NCBI GenBank assembly: GCA_030693705.1
Contig: JAUYAB010000004.1
Span: 12,010-76,009 of the forward strand
Direction of reading: 5' to 3'
Source of the DNA: Ignavibacteria bacterium
Lineage (GTDB): Bacteria > Bacteroidota > Ignavibacteria > Ignavibacteriales > Ignavibacteriaceae
DNA: 64,000 nt
In this document: piece by piece, positions 28,843 to 36,517 of the stretch
Layout of the letters: each line of letters starts with the position of its first letter
Numbering within the stretch: position 1 is the stretch's first letter
Translations under genes and position numbers: made by a program
The notes under the pieces: model-generated
What the model saw: only the letters and a program-made list of their open reading frames with translations
Told to the model about the DNA's origin: nothing
Databases searched by the model: none

Positions 28843-29715
28843 TTAGTAAATCTCCGGTACAAAACTTTGGTCGGTCATCGGCGGACGGATGTAACCAATA
28901 TCATTTTGTTTCGCCGGTAGCTCAATTTTTTCTCTTTTAACTTCTCCATACGGAATAAGACTAAGCAGATGAGATACGCAGTTCAACCGCGCTTTCTTTT
29001 TATTATCCGAATTTACTACGTACCACGGCGCCTGTTTAATATCGGTAAACGCGAACATATCATCTTTCGCTTTTGAATATTCAACCCAGCGGCTGCGCGA
29101 TTGCAAATCCATCGGACTTATCTTCCATCGTTTAGTTGGATTGTTTATTCTTTCCACGAATCTTTTTTCCTGTTCTTCATCACTTACGGAGAACCAGTAT
29201 TTTATCAGAATTATCCCGGAGCGCATCAGCATTCTTTCAAATTCGGGACAGCTTCGTAAAAATTCTTTGTATTCTTCCTCCGTACAAAAGCCCATTACTT
29301 TTTCTACTCCGGCGCGGTTGTACCAGCTTCTATCAAAAAAGACCATCTCGCCGGCAGCCGGCAAATGAGGCGTATAACGTTGGAAATACCATTGTGTTTT
29401 TTCTTTTTCGGTTGGTGTGCCAAGAGCAACTACGCGGCAGACGCGCGGATTGAGAAATTGTGTGATCGCTTTTATTGTTCCCCCTTTTCCGGCGGCGTCG
29501 CGTCCTTCAAATATTACCACGACTTTTAGACCTTCATGCTTCACCCACTCTTGAAATTTTACCAACTCAACACTAAGCCGTGTTAGTTCCTTGTTGTAAA
29601 ACTTCTTATCAACTTTTGAAGTATTCTTTTCAACTTCTTCGTCAAGAACTTCTTCTTTTTCTTTCAGTTCTTCTTTTTCAGACTGCTTCTTTTTTTTCTT
29701 ATGAGACATCGACAC
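28843..29715 (-). CDS. ppk2: Polyphosphate kinase 2 (single-domain, class I-like)
   Basis: Walker A FEGRDAAGKGG, the PPK2 lid/Walker B region (FFDRSWYNR), and a Lys/Glu-rich N-terminal tail. Confidence 0.9.
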   Translation of the reverse strand: MSMSHKKKKKQSEKEELKEKEEVLDEEVEKNTSKVDKKFYNKELTRLSVELVKFQEWVKHEGLKVVVIFEGRDAAGKGGTIKAITQFLNPRVCRVVALGTPTEKEKTQWYFQRYTPHLPAAGEMVFFDRSWYNRAGVEKVMGFCTEEEYKEFLRSCPEFERMLMRSGIILIKYWFSVSDEEQEKRFVERINNPTKRWKISPMDLQSRSRWVEYSKAKDDMFAFTDIKQAPWYVVNSDNKKKARLNCVSHLLSLIPYGEVKREKIELPAKQNDIGYIRPPMTDQSFVPEIY

Positions 29716-29889
29716 ACCTCATTTAGTTAGTGAATATTAATTTCAACAAAACCGGGCAATTTGTTATGGCTTAAATTAATAATTTTTATTTGAATAAAAA
29801 CAAATAATTTTGATGCAGCCTCCCCTTATTTTTCTCCGTAGCACTAAGTTTTGTATGTCGATCCCTAAAGCTTTCGGGATCGCCCCACA

Positions 29890-30210
29890 GATTAAGAATA
29901 TTTTTACTTACCGCTTGTTAATTCCCCAAATCCTTTTTACGTTTGTTCTTACTAATAAGACATGTTACTGATAAAGTTCTTAATCTTAATCGTATTCATA
30001 ATCTTAATCAATTCTTTGAGTTTGATTAAGTTTAAGTCTCTTTGCACAACGTGACTAATTAACTCAAGTTACCCAAAAGATTAAATTGGTTCTTACTCAT
30101 AATCTTAATCTTTTTCATAATCTGCATTAATTACAAAAAAAACGAATAGGATTAAGAAAACGATTATGATTAAGAAAACGATTATGATTAAGAATTTTTT
30201 CACTTTATAA
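29890..30210. repeat. Cluster of 14 GATTAAG/GATTATG heptamers in both orientations, including 2.5 tandem copies of an 18-mer
   Basis: CTTAATC at 29979, 29985, 30003 and 30104. CATAATC at 29997, 30098 and 30116. GATTAAG at 29890, 30024, 30150, 30168 and 30186. GATTATG at 30162 and 30180. The tandem unit GATTAAGAAAACGATTAT spans 30150-30194. Confidence 0.9.
29914..29945 (+). promoter_or_regulatory. Possible Bacteroidetes-type promoter (cTTG-N20-TAcgTTTG), copy 1 of a duplicated 16-mer
   Basis: TACGTTTG at 29938-29945 matches the TAnnTTTG -7 element. The 16-mer CCTTTTTACGTTTGTT (29932-29947) recurs exactly at 31133-31148. Confidence 0.3.
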
Positions 30211-30281
30211 CTGCGTAAGGTGAATAATGAATAAAGAAAACAGACAGAGTTATTTCTGATAATGAGAACAGAGGACAAAAT

Positions 30282-30563
30282 ATGAAATCATCAAGTTCAA
30301 TCGTGGTTTTTCTTTCAATCCTATTAATTACTTTTTTACTCTTTGGCTGCGCGCATCAACCGTTGCCTGCAACACCCGGCGCGCCCGGATTTTTATTAGG
30401 ATTATTACACGGGTTTATTGCTCCCGTTGCTTTTATTGCAAGTTTGTTTACTGATTACCGGATCTATCAATTCCCGAATACCGGTTTATTCTATGACTTT
30501 GGTTTTATGATAGGAATAAGCGGATTTAGCGGTGGAATATTTAAAGCGTCGCGGCATAAATAG
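30282..30563 (+). CDS. Small hypothetical lipoprotein / membrane protein (93 aa)
   Basis: Signal peptide ending in a lipobox-like LLFGC, followed by two hydrophobic Gly/Phe-rich segments. No recognisable domain. Confidence 0.55.
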   Translation: MKSSSSIVVFLSILLITFLLFGCAHQPLPATPGAPGFLLGLLHGFIAPVAFIASLFTDYRIYQFPNTGLFYDFGFMIGISGFSGGIFKASRHK

Positions 30564-30574
30564 TAATTACTAAC

Positions 30575-30749
30575 TGAAGTTACGCATGAGTTGAATATTA
30601 TGATTTTCCCTTTGTGAAACTTGGTGACTTAGTGCCTTTGTGGCTCAATTGCTTTTTTTTCTCTTGCCACCAAGTCACAAACCTGCCCGCCACGTAGAAT
30701 ATACTTTAGCAGGCGGGGACACTAAGAAATCACATTCTACATAACTTCA
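30575..30749. repeat. Nested inverted-repeat element built from CTTNGTG / CACNAAG heptads
   Basis: Outer inverted repeat TGAAGTTA (30575-82) / TAACTTCA (30742-49). Inside it, CTTTGTG, CTTGGTG, CTTAGTG and CCTTTGTGGC face GCCACCAAG, TCACAAA and CACTAAG. A nested CCCGCC...GGCGGG hairpin is also present. Confidence 0.75.
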
Positions 30750-30822
30750 ATTAATAATTTTAATGTACTATAGTTATCTAACTTATTCTTCTTGTTATCA
30801 GCTATTTATAAAGGTAAAATAA

Positions 30823-31074
30823 ATGAAAACAGTACTCTTTATTCTCCTTGCGCTTATACTTGGCGGATTAGCGGCGTTTTTTACTTTAAGGGAAAAGAAG
30901 AAATGCCCTAATTGTGAGAGCAGAAATATTACCAAAACCGGAAAGAAGATTCACGAGGAAGAAACCTCAATTGCCGTTATTGCTTCTCCAACATCTTATC
31001 ATAAATTGGAATATAAGTGTAATAATTGCGGGCATCTCTTTTTAATAAAACAGAGATCATTACTTTTTGAATAA
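30823..31074 (+). CDS. Small hypothetical protein: N-terminal TM helix + CxxC...CxxC zinc-ribbon-like domain (83 aa)
   Basis: The hydrophobic N-terminus (VLFILLALILGGLAAFF) is followed by CPNC and CNNC pairs about 38 residues apart. Confidence 0.55.
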   Translation: MKTVLFILLALILGGLAAFFTLREKKKCPNCESRNITKTGKKIHEEETSIAVIASPTSYHKLEYKCNNCGHLFLIKQRSLLFE

Positions 31075-31114
31075 CTTGCGATTTGTAAGGCGATTCTCTT
31101 CAATCGCCCATGCG

Positions 31115-31146
31115 TTTGGTAATTACCTTAAACCTTTTTACGTTTG
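31115..31146 (+). promoter_or_regulatory. Possible Bacteroidetes-type promoter (TTTG-N20-TAcgTTTG), copy 2 of the duplicated 16-mer
   Basis: TTTG at 31115-31118 and TACGTTTG at 31139-31146 with a 20-nt spacer. This fits the TTTG-N19-21-TAnnTTTG architecture known from Bacteroides. Confidence 0.4.
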
Positions 31147-31424
31147 TTTGTAGTAATAATTAAGAAAATAGGCAGCTTTATTTCTGAGTTAGTTTTACAT
31201 AGAACATTCTTACAAGACGGGATCACCCCCTCTCCCCTTTTAAATTCCGCAAACGATGAACCGGCAAATAATAATACTTTAATAAATAGTGTTGTATTTA
31301 ATAACAAAACAATTGGAATACATTTACCAGATCGTCTTTGGTGGATGAAACTATACTCGATGTATGTATTCCAAAACAAATATTTCGGTACGGTTTAGGA
31401 TATAATGATACCGTATGGAGTAAC

Positions 31425-32225
31425 ATGGTAAAAGTTGACAAAAATATTATATTTAAAGCAAAAGATATGTTTTCAGATACATTAAAAAATATTTGGCAAG
31501 GTTTTTTGCAAAATATCGGAGTAATTATTTCAATATTTATTTTGTCTGGTGGCTATCTTATGGTCATTAATACTTTTATAAGTGTACGGGGATGGATTGA
31601 TAAAATTCCTTCTATAATATTATTCTCATCTAATATTCTCATAATTGTGATCTTATTCTTTTACATTTATCTTAATCGTAAACACAAGAAAATTATTTCT
31701 GAAATAACTAAGAAACCTCCCAAGGATTTGACTCAAATCCGTTTTGTTACACATTTAGGACTTTGGTGGAAAATTTATGAAGATGGAAATTATATCGAAG
31801 ATTTTCCATATTGTCCTTGTTGTGATGATAAAAAAAAGTTGGTTCAAGTAGAATGGTATCCAGATGAAATTTATATTTGTCCAGAAAGTAAAACAAGGAT
31901 AAAATTATTTGACACTGTTCCAAGAAAACGTAATGAAATTCTTGATACTCTTTATAGGGCTTATTTTCACGATGTCAATGTAAACTTTGAATTATTACTC
32001 GTAAAAGAATTTAAAAGGATTAAAACACTTAACCCTAATTTTAGTGATTCCGAAATTATAAATCAGATGTTCACGGAAACTGTACTTAAAAAATTACCTT
32101 CTGAAGAAGTAACAAAATTAAAAAGCATTTATATATCCAAAACACCAGTGGAATTATTTAGGTTTATCTCTACTAATTATCAGTATTACAGACAATATGT
32201 AAATAAAACTGTAACTGAAAAATAA
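31425..32225 (+). CDS. Hypothetical membrane protein: 2 TM helices + cytoplasmic Cys-motif domain (266 aa from ATG 31425)
   Basis: GGAG lies 4 nt upstream of ATG 31425 (the track start at GTG 31338 is less likely). It has two long hydrophobic segments, then FPYCPCCDDKKK...EIYICPES. Very AT-rich, with no recognisable domain. Confidence 0.6.
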   Translation: MVKVDKNIIFKAKDMFSDTLKNIWQGFLQNIGVIISIFILSGGYLMVINTFISVRGWIDKIPSIILFSSNILIIVILFFYIYLNRKHKKIISEITKKPPKDLTQIRFVTHLGLWWKIYEDGNYIEDFPYCPCCDDKKKLVQVEWYPDEIYICPESKTRIKLFDTVPRKRNEILDTLYRAYFHDVNVNFELLLVKEFKRIKTLNPNFSDSEIINQMFTETVLKKLPSEEVTKLKSIYISKTPVELFRFISTNYQYYRQYVNKTVTEK

Positions 32226-32508
32226 AGCAAAGCAAACCTCAACACGGTCAGCGTTTTTAACTGTGGTATAAGTGAGATTAGAGGGTTTGGTTGCCAACTT
32301 AACGTTACAATTAAGTTTGTTCTATTTAGGTAAAATTATTAAAATTTATTAGTAATGTTATTTATCGAGCATCGCTGTTCTTGATTATAAATTATGCACT
32401 TCCTTTGCAAATGATATTAGCAATTGTAAAAAATAATCGAAATAATTATGAAATAGTTGAAAAGTTTCGTCTCTCGATTATACTTATATAAAAACAGGAG
32501 TATATAAG

Positions 32509-32754
32509 ATGCGATCAAACAATTTATACGATAGAAATAAATGTCAATTGTGCCAAAATGGGAAACCTCTTAATATTGGTGATGACGAGGATTGGGTTTC
32601 AATCAAATCAGATAAAACAGAGTTTTACGTTTTTTTGGATCAAGTGCAAAAAGGTTATTGGATGTGTTTTGAAGAGTATAATTCAGAACATATTTATATT
32701 TGTCCAAATCATAATTCATTCAAACCAATATGCAAACTAAAAAAAGTAGAGTAG
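32509..32754 (+). CDS. Small hypothetical Cys-motif (CxxC...CPNH) protein (81 aa)
   Basis: AGGAG lies 8 nt upstream of the ATG. It has CQLC and HIYICPNH motifs, and the IYICP string is shared with the preceding 266-aa protein. Confidence 0.55.
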   Translation: MRSNNLYDRNKCQLCQNGKPLNIGDDEDWVSIKSDKTEFYVFLDQVQKGYWMCFEEYNSEHIYICPNHNSFKPICKLKKVE

Positions 32755-32895
32755 CTTTGGTTAAAAATATAGACACCCAAAAGTATCTCCTCTTGCCGGT
32801 CTTTTTTTCGGCGAAGAAAGGTGAAGTGGTTATTTGTAAAAACCACATCGTTAGGCGCTTGTACATTGAATTCAACCTGTTAGAAATGAACATAT

Positions 32896-33522
32896 ATGCG
32901 AAAGAGTGAAATTGTAACAATAGGTTTTTTATTTGGTGCAGTACCGATCATTAGTTGTTTTCTCACCGGGTGGTGGATCAGCATTCCCTTTGTTCCTGAA
33001 TCGCGGATATTTCTCTACGCTCTTGCCGGTTTTCTCGTTGGAGTAATTATCGATATTCTTTTTCTAAGAACGTGGATTCACACTGCTTATTCGATGAAAC
33101 CTATTGTTTGGATGATGATTTATCTTTTCTATTCTTTTGGAATGTTCGGTTCCTTCATGGGAGTTCCGGTTTTCAATATAGCGCTTGCTTTGCCTGCTGG
33201 TTTTTTCATCGGTGGTTGGCTTGTTTATAATGGCGCTGATTCCACCCGCATGAAAAAAGCGGCACGATATTCCGCTCTGTTCACTACAATTGTCCTCGCA
33301 TTTATTTGCGCCGCATCAGCCACAATTGCTCTAATCAGTACCTCTACTACTTCCGATCTCCAGGGAATGTTCGGTCTCCGGATTACACACGGGATGATCG
33401 TCGGCGTTATTTTAGGCGGAGGCATCTTCATCCTTACACTTCAATGGTGGCTCACAATCTGGTCTGTGCAGTTAGCATATAGATATTTTGTTTCACTAAA
33501 TTCGGCGAAAAGAGTGTTTTAG
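32896..33522 (+). CDS. Hypothetical polytopic membrane protein (208 aa, about 6 TM)
   Basis: A continuous series of hydrophobic segments. It looks visibly more GC-rich than the flanking AT-rich DNA. No recognisable domain. Confidence 0.6.
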   Translation: MRKSEIVTIGFLFGAVPIISCFLTGWWISIPFVPESRIFLYALAGFLVGVIIDILFLRTWIHTAYSMKPIVWMMIYLFYSFGMFGSFMGVPVFNIALALPAGFFIGGWLVYNGADSTRMKKAARYSALFTTIVLAFICAASATIALISTSTTSDLQGMFGLRITHGMIVGVILGGGIFILTLQWWLTIWSVQLAYRYFVSLNSAKRVF

Positions 33523-33654
33523 TCTCTGACACGAATTACACAAATTATCACTAAATAATCTCCAATTCGTATCCACCGCTTTCCACTCTATTAGGCTTAG
33601 TTAACCTCTATTTCTTCATTTTTAAACCATTTTTGCCATTTTGTCACACTTTTC

Positions 33655-33940
33655 TGCCATTTCTGAATTGATCGTATCGATTTCTAAAAAAAACAAGTGA
33701 TTTCTGAATTGATCGCATCGATTTCTAAAAAAAAACGAACGATTTCTAAATTGATCGCATCGATTTCTAAAAAAAACGAGTCATTTCTGAATTGATCATA
33801 TCGATTTCTAAAAAAAACAAGCGATTTCTAAACTGAACGCATCGATTTCTAAAAAAAACGAACGATTTCTAAATTATACGCATCGATTTCTAAAAATGAA
33901 CGAACGATTTCCAAACAGTCCGGAGCCATTTCTAAAATAG
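33655..33940. repeat. Tandem array of about 7 copies of a 41-bp unit (14 phased ATTTCT boxes)
   Basis: ATTTCT (ATTTCC in the 13th box) starts at 33659, 33680, 33700, 33721, 33742, 33763, 33783, 33804, 33824, 33845, 33865, 33886, 33907 and 33928. The alternating half-units are GATTTCTGAATTGATCGCATC and GATTTCTAAAAAAAACGAAC. Confidence 0.95.
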
Positions 33941-34236
33941 AAATAGTTATTTGGTATCCCATAATGTTATTGTCAAAGTGAAAGCACCCATGGTTAATTA
34001 CAAATTGTTATAATCAATAGGTAACAAAGCGATTTGTTTTGGAAGAGAGAATGCGGGAACAGAATCTTTATAAATTATTTTTTTTCAGATGAAGATAATG
34101 TTAGTTAGAAAGATTTTCCTTTATCTTCGAAACAAACAAGGTTATCCGTTAATATTTTGTTTTGTTCTCAGAACAGACGTAAAGAATATTATACAAAATG
34201 TCAATTGATTTTTTTTGTTGAAATAACTGAAAAATA

Positions 34237-34430
34237 TTCATTCCCGAAGGGAATGCTAATGTTTGGATGGATTAAGCTTTACCAATATATAACACCTACG
34301 GTGTTAAGTAAAAATATTGAATAATATTTTTAAATTAAACAAAAGAAAGGCACAATCCCATCGGGATTGAATATTTGTAACCCAAAAATAAACACGATAA
34401 AGAATTCCGTAGGAATTCAATGTTTTTTCT
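34237..34430 (+). repeat. Four-hairpin module, copy B (candidate structured RNA or MITE-like element)
   Basis: H1 CATTCCC-GAA-GGGAATG, H2 AACACC-TAC-GGTGTT, H3 AATCCC-ATC-GGGATT followed by GAATATTTGTAAC, then H4 GAATTCC-GTA-GGAATTC followed by AATGTTTTTT. It is colinear with 28411-28586. Confidence 0.65.
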
Positions 34431-34481
34431 TTTCAGCGGTGTAAGGACTATTGACTTTAGTTTAATTTCAATAATTTAAGA

Positions 34482-35894
34482 TTAACAGTTGTACTTCTTC
34501 CTGCAAAACATCCCGATAAGATGAATAATCAACGCTGTAGTTAACCCCACTATCATCGGTTCAATCTGGAACCATAACGATTCAGCAGGAATATGTTTCT
34601 TTACAAAGAACCAGAGAAGTGAAAAACCGGAAGCAAAAATAATTTCTGCGGCGGCAAATTTATTTTCAATTCTAAAAGATTTGTAATACGAACCGACAAC
34701 CAAAAAGATTATCCCCGGAATTGCGATCGATCCGATCGTGTACCACAATTGCACCACTGAAGGAATAAAATATGCGAGAAGTCCGGCGAATATCCCTGTA
34801 AGTATTAAACCAAACTTAGTATTGCTTATAACTTTTGTAGATTTATTTTGCGGTAATTGAGAAATGAAATCATTCCCGATTGTAGTGGCGCTTAAAAACA
34901 TTAAACTGTTAAACGTTGAAAGTATTGTTGCAAAAACTCCGGCGTAAAATATTCCTTTAACTCCGGGAGCTAATATTTTATCCGCTAAAAGAAAAAATGA
35001 GAGAGAAGGATTTTTCAAATTAGGAAAAACCGCTCGCGCATAAAGTCCGGTTGCTGTGGTTAGAAAATCAAACAAAGCCCAAAATGCAATTGATATTAAA
35101 ATTCCTTTAACAGCTACTTCGCCGCTCTTTGCCGCGTTACACCGTTGATGAAATCCGGGATCGGCGAACGTCCACAATGCAATTAAGAACCAAACTAAAA
35201 TAAATATCGGCGAAGCTCCTCCCGTTAATTGAAGATGAGTTGCGGGCAAATTGTTTGTTAGAAAATTAAAATTCCCTATGGAATTCCAGCAGAAATAAAA
35301 AAATAAAATAAATCCGCCGAACATAACAAAGAATTGGAATGCATCGGTATAAATATCAGCGCGGTAACCGCCTTTGAGCATATAAGGTAGAATGAGGAAA
35401 AGCGCGATCACTAAACCGGTAAGCAAATTTGTTTTGAACAACATGGTAAAGATATTCGCAAGCATCAACAAATAAGGAGCAGGCGAAACCAGAATAAATA
35501 CTACAAGCGCAGAAAGCAGCCCGACTTTTTTTCCATACGTTTCTTTTAACTTTTCCGGAAGCGTAAAGAGAGAAGCTGCACGAATTTTTTTTGCAAAAAA
35601 GAGAGCGAAGATAAATGCAAAAATATAATAGGGTAATCCTTGTGTAAACCAGCTTGCCAAACCATAACTGTAAGTAAACTCCGCAATTCCCAACACACCG
35701 CCATACCAGGTCGAAACATTTGTTAATATAAAAAGGAACAGCCCTAAATTTCTTCCACCGAGAAGATAGTCCACCGGTTCGTCACTTTTCTTCTTGGTGA
35801 AATAAAATCCGATGAAGAAGAGTATTCCGAAGAAAAGGAGAATGATTGAAATATCAAGGTTAGCTAAAGAGATCATTCTTTTCCATTGTTTCAA
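34482..35894 (-). CDS. Sodium:solute symporter (SSS) family transporter, last gene of the TPP-riboswitch operon
   Basis: About 13 TM segments with an SSS-type N-terminal region (DYLLGGRNLG...). It overlaps the thiamine pyrophosphokinase gene. The start may be the internal Met at 35876. Confidence 0.85.
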   Translation of the reverse strand: MKQWKRMISLANLDISIILLFFGILFFIGFYFTKKKSDEPVDYLLGGRNLGLFLFILTNVSTWYGGVLGIAEFTYSYGLASWFTQGLPYYIFAFIFALFFAKKIRAASLFTLPEKLKETYGKKVGLLSALVVFILVSPAPYLLMLANIFTMLFKTNLLTGLVIALFLILPYMLKGGYRADIYTDAFQFFVMFGGFILFFYFCWNSIGNFNFLTNNLPATHLQLTGGASPIFILVWFLIALWTFADPGFHQRCNAAKSGEVAVKGILISIAFWALFDFLTTATGLYARAVFPNLKNPSLSFFLLADKILAPGVKGIFYAGVFATILSTFNSLMFLSATTIGNDFISQLPQNKSTKVISNTKFGLILTGIFAGLLAYFIPSVVQLWYTIGSIAIPGIIFLVVGSYYKSFRIENKFAAAEIIFASGFSLLWFFVKKHIPAESLWFQIEPMIVGLTTALIIHLIGMFCRKKYNC

Positions 35895-36516
35895 AATCTC
35901 TTATAACAAATATCCTTCCGTTTTTGATATTTAATTTTACTTCTTCTTTAACAGCAACATTGCTGGTGCTTTCACGGACTCCAAAAGGAAGCCGCGTTTC
36001 CCTTAACGGATACTTCAAACCTTGCGAAGTTATTTTTGTTTTGTTATCGAAAGCATAAAGCGAAATGTACTCTCCATTTTTTGCTGCAAACGATACTTGT
36101 TTTTCATAAACGGTAAGCAAAGAAGTTTCTGAAATTACCCGCACATTAATTTTATCATGGAACTTCAATGCAATTCCAAGATTACAGAATGAATGATCAA
36201 GTCTGTCTCCTGTAACGCTTAACAAAACAGCTTCGCTAAATTTTTGTTTAACTGCATACTTCAAACATTTCTCGATGTCCGTATCGTCCTGTCTTTTAAT
36301 CTGGATAATATTTGATTTATCGCGATAGCTTTCCAACAGTCTTTTATCAACCGAATCAAAATCACCTATTATATAATGCGGAATGATCTTTAGTTTGTGC
36401 GCATGATTCAATCCGCCGTCCGCACAGATAATTGTATCAAATCCTTTTTTCATTAGGAAGAGAATCGTCTTCTTCTCCGGCGCTTTACCGTTCCCGATTA
36501 TCAAACATTTTTTCAT
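35860..36516 (-). CDS. thiN: Thiamine pyrophosphokinase
   Basis: TPK catalytic pattern (ICADGGLNH, IIGDFDS, DTDIEKCL) with a C-terminal thiamine-binding beta domain. 218 aa. Confidence 0.85.
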   Translation of the reverse strand: MKKCLIIGNGKAPEKKTILFLMKKGFDTIICADGGLNHAHKLKIIPHYIIGDFDSVDKRLLESYRDKSNIIQIKRQDDTDIEKCLKYAVKQKFSEAVLLSVTGDRLDHSFCNLGIALKFHDKINVRVISETSLLTVYEKQVSFAAKNGEYISLYAFDNKTKITSQGLKYPLRETRLPFGVRESTSNVAVKEEVKLNIKNGRIFVIRDFETMEKNDLFS

Positions 36517-36517
36517 C

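Noticed and set aside
31128-31398. ORFs 31128..31379 (-) and 31144..31398 (+)
   Set aside because: They mutually overlap in an AT-rich leader and are low-complexity. They have no ribosome-binding site or recognisable features and cover the promoter-like repeat, so they are most likely spurious.
32755-32895. Integron cassette array / attC sites (same-direction small ORFs separated by hairpins; GTTAGGC at 32850-32856 matches GTTRRRY)
   Set aside because: No complementary RYYYAAC partner in the right geometry. The other inter-ORF hairpins lack R'/R'' boxes. No intI-like integrase is in the window.
33655-33940. Possible CRISPR array, given regularly spaced repeats
   Set aside because: The would-be spacers are themselves conserved copies of the same half-unit. 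The period is only 20/21 bp (a 41-bp dimer). No variable spacers, leader or cas genes are present. This is a tandem repeat, not CRISPR.
27886-34481. Prophage, integrative element or known defence system in the accessory block
   Set aside because: No integrase, transposase, recombinase, phage structural gene, nuclease, ATPase, reverse transcriptase or other defence hallmark domain is recognisable. Only architecture-based hypotheses are reported.
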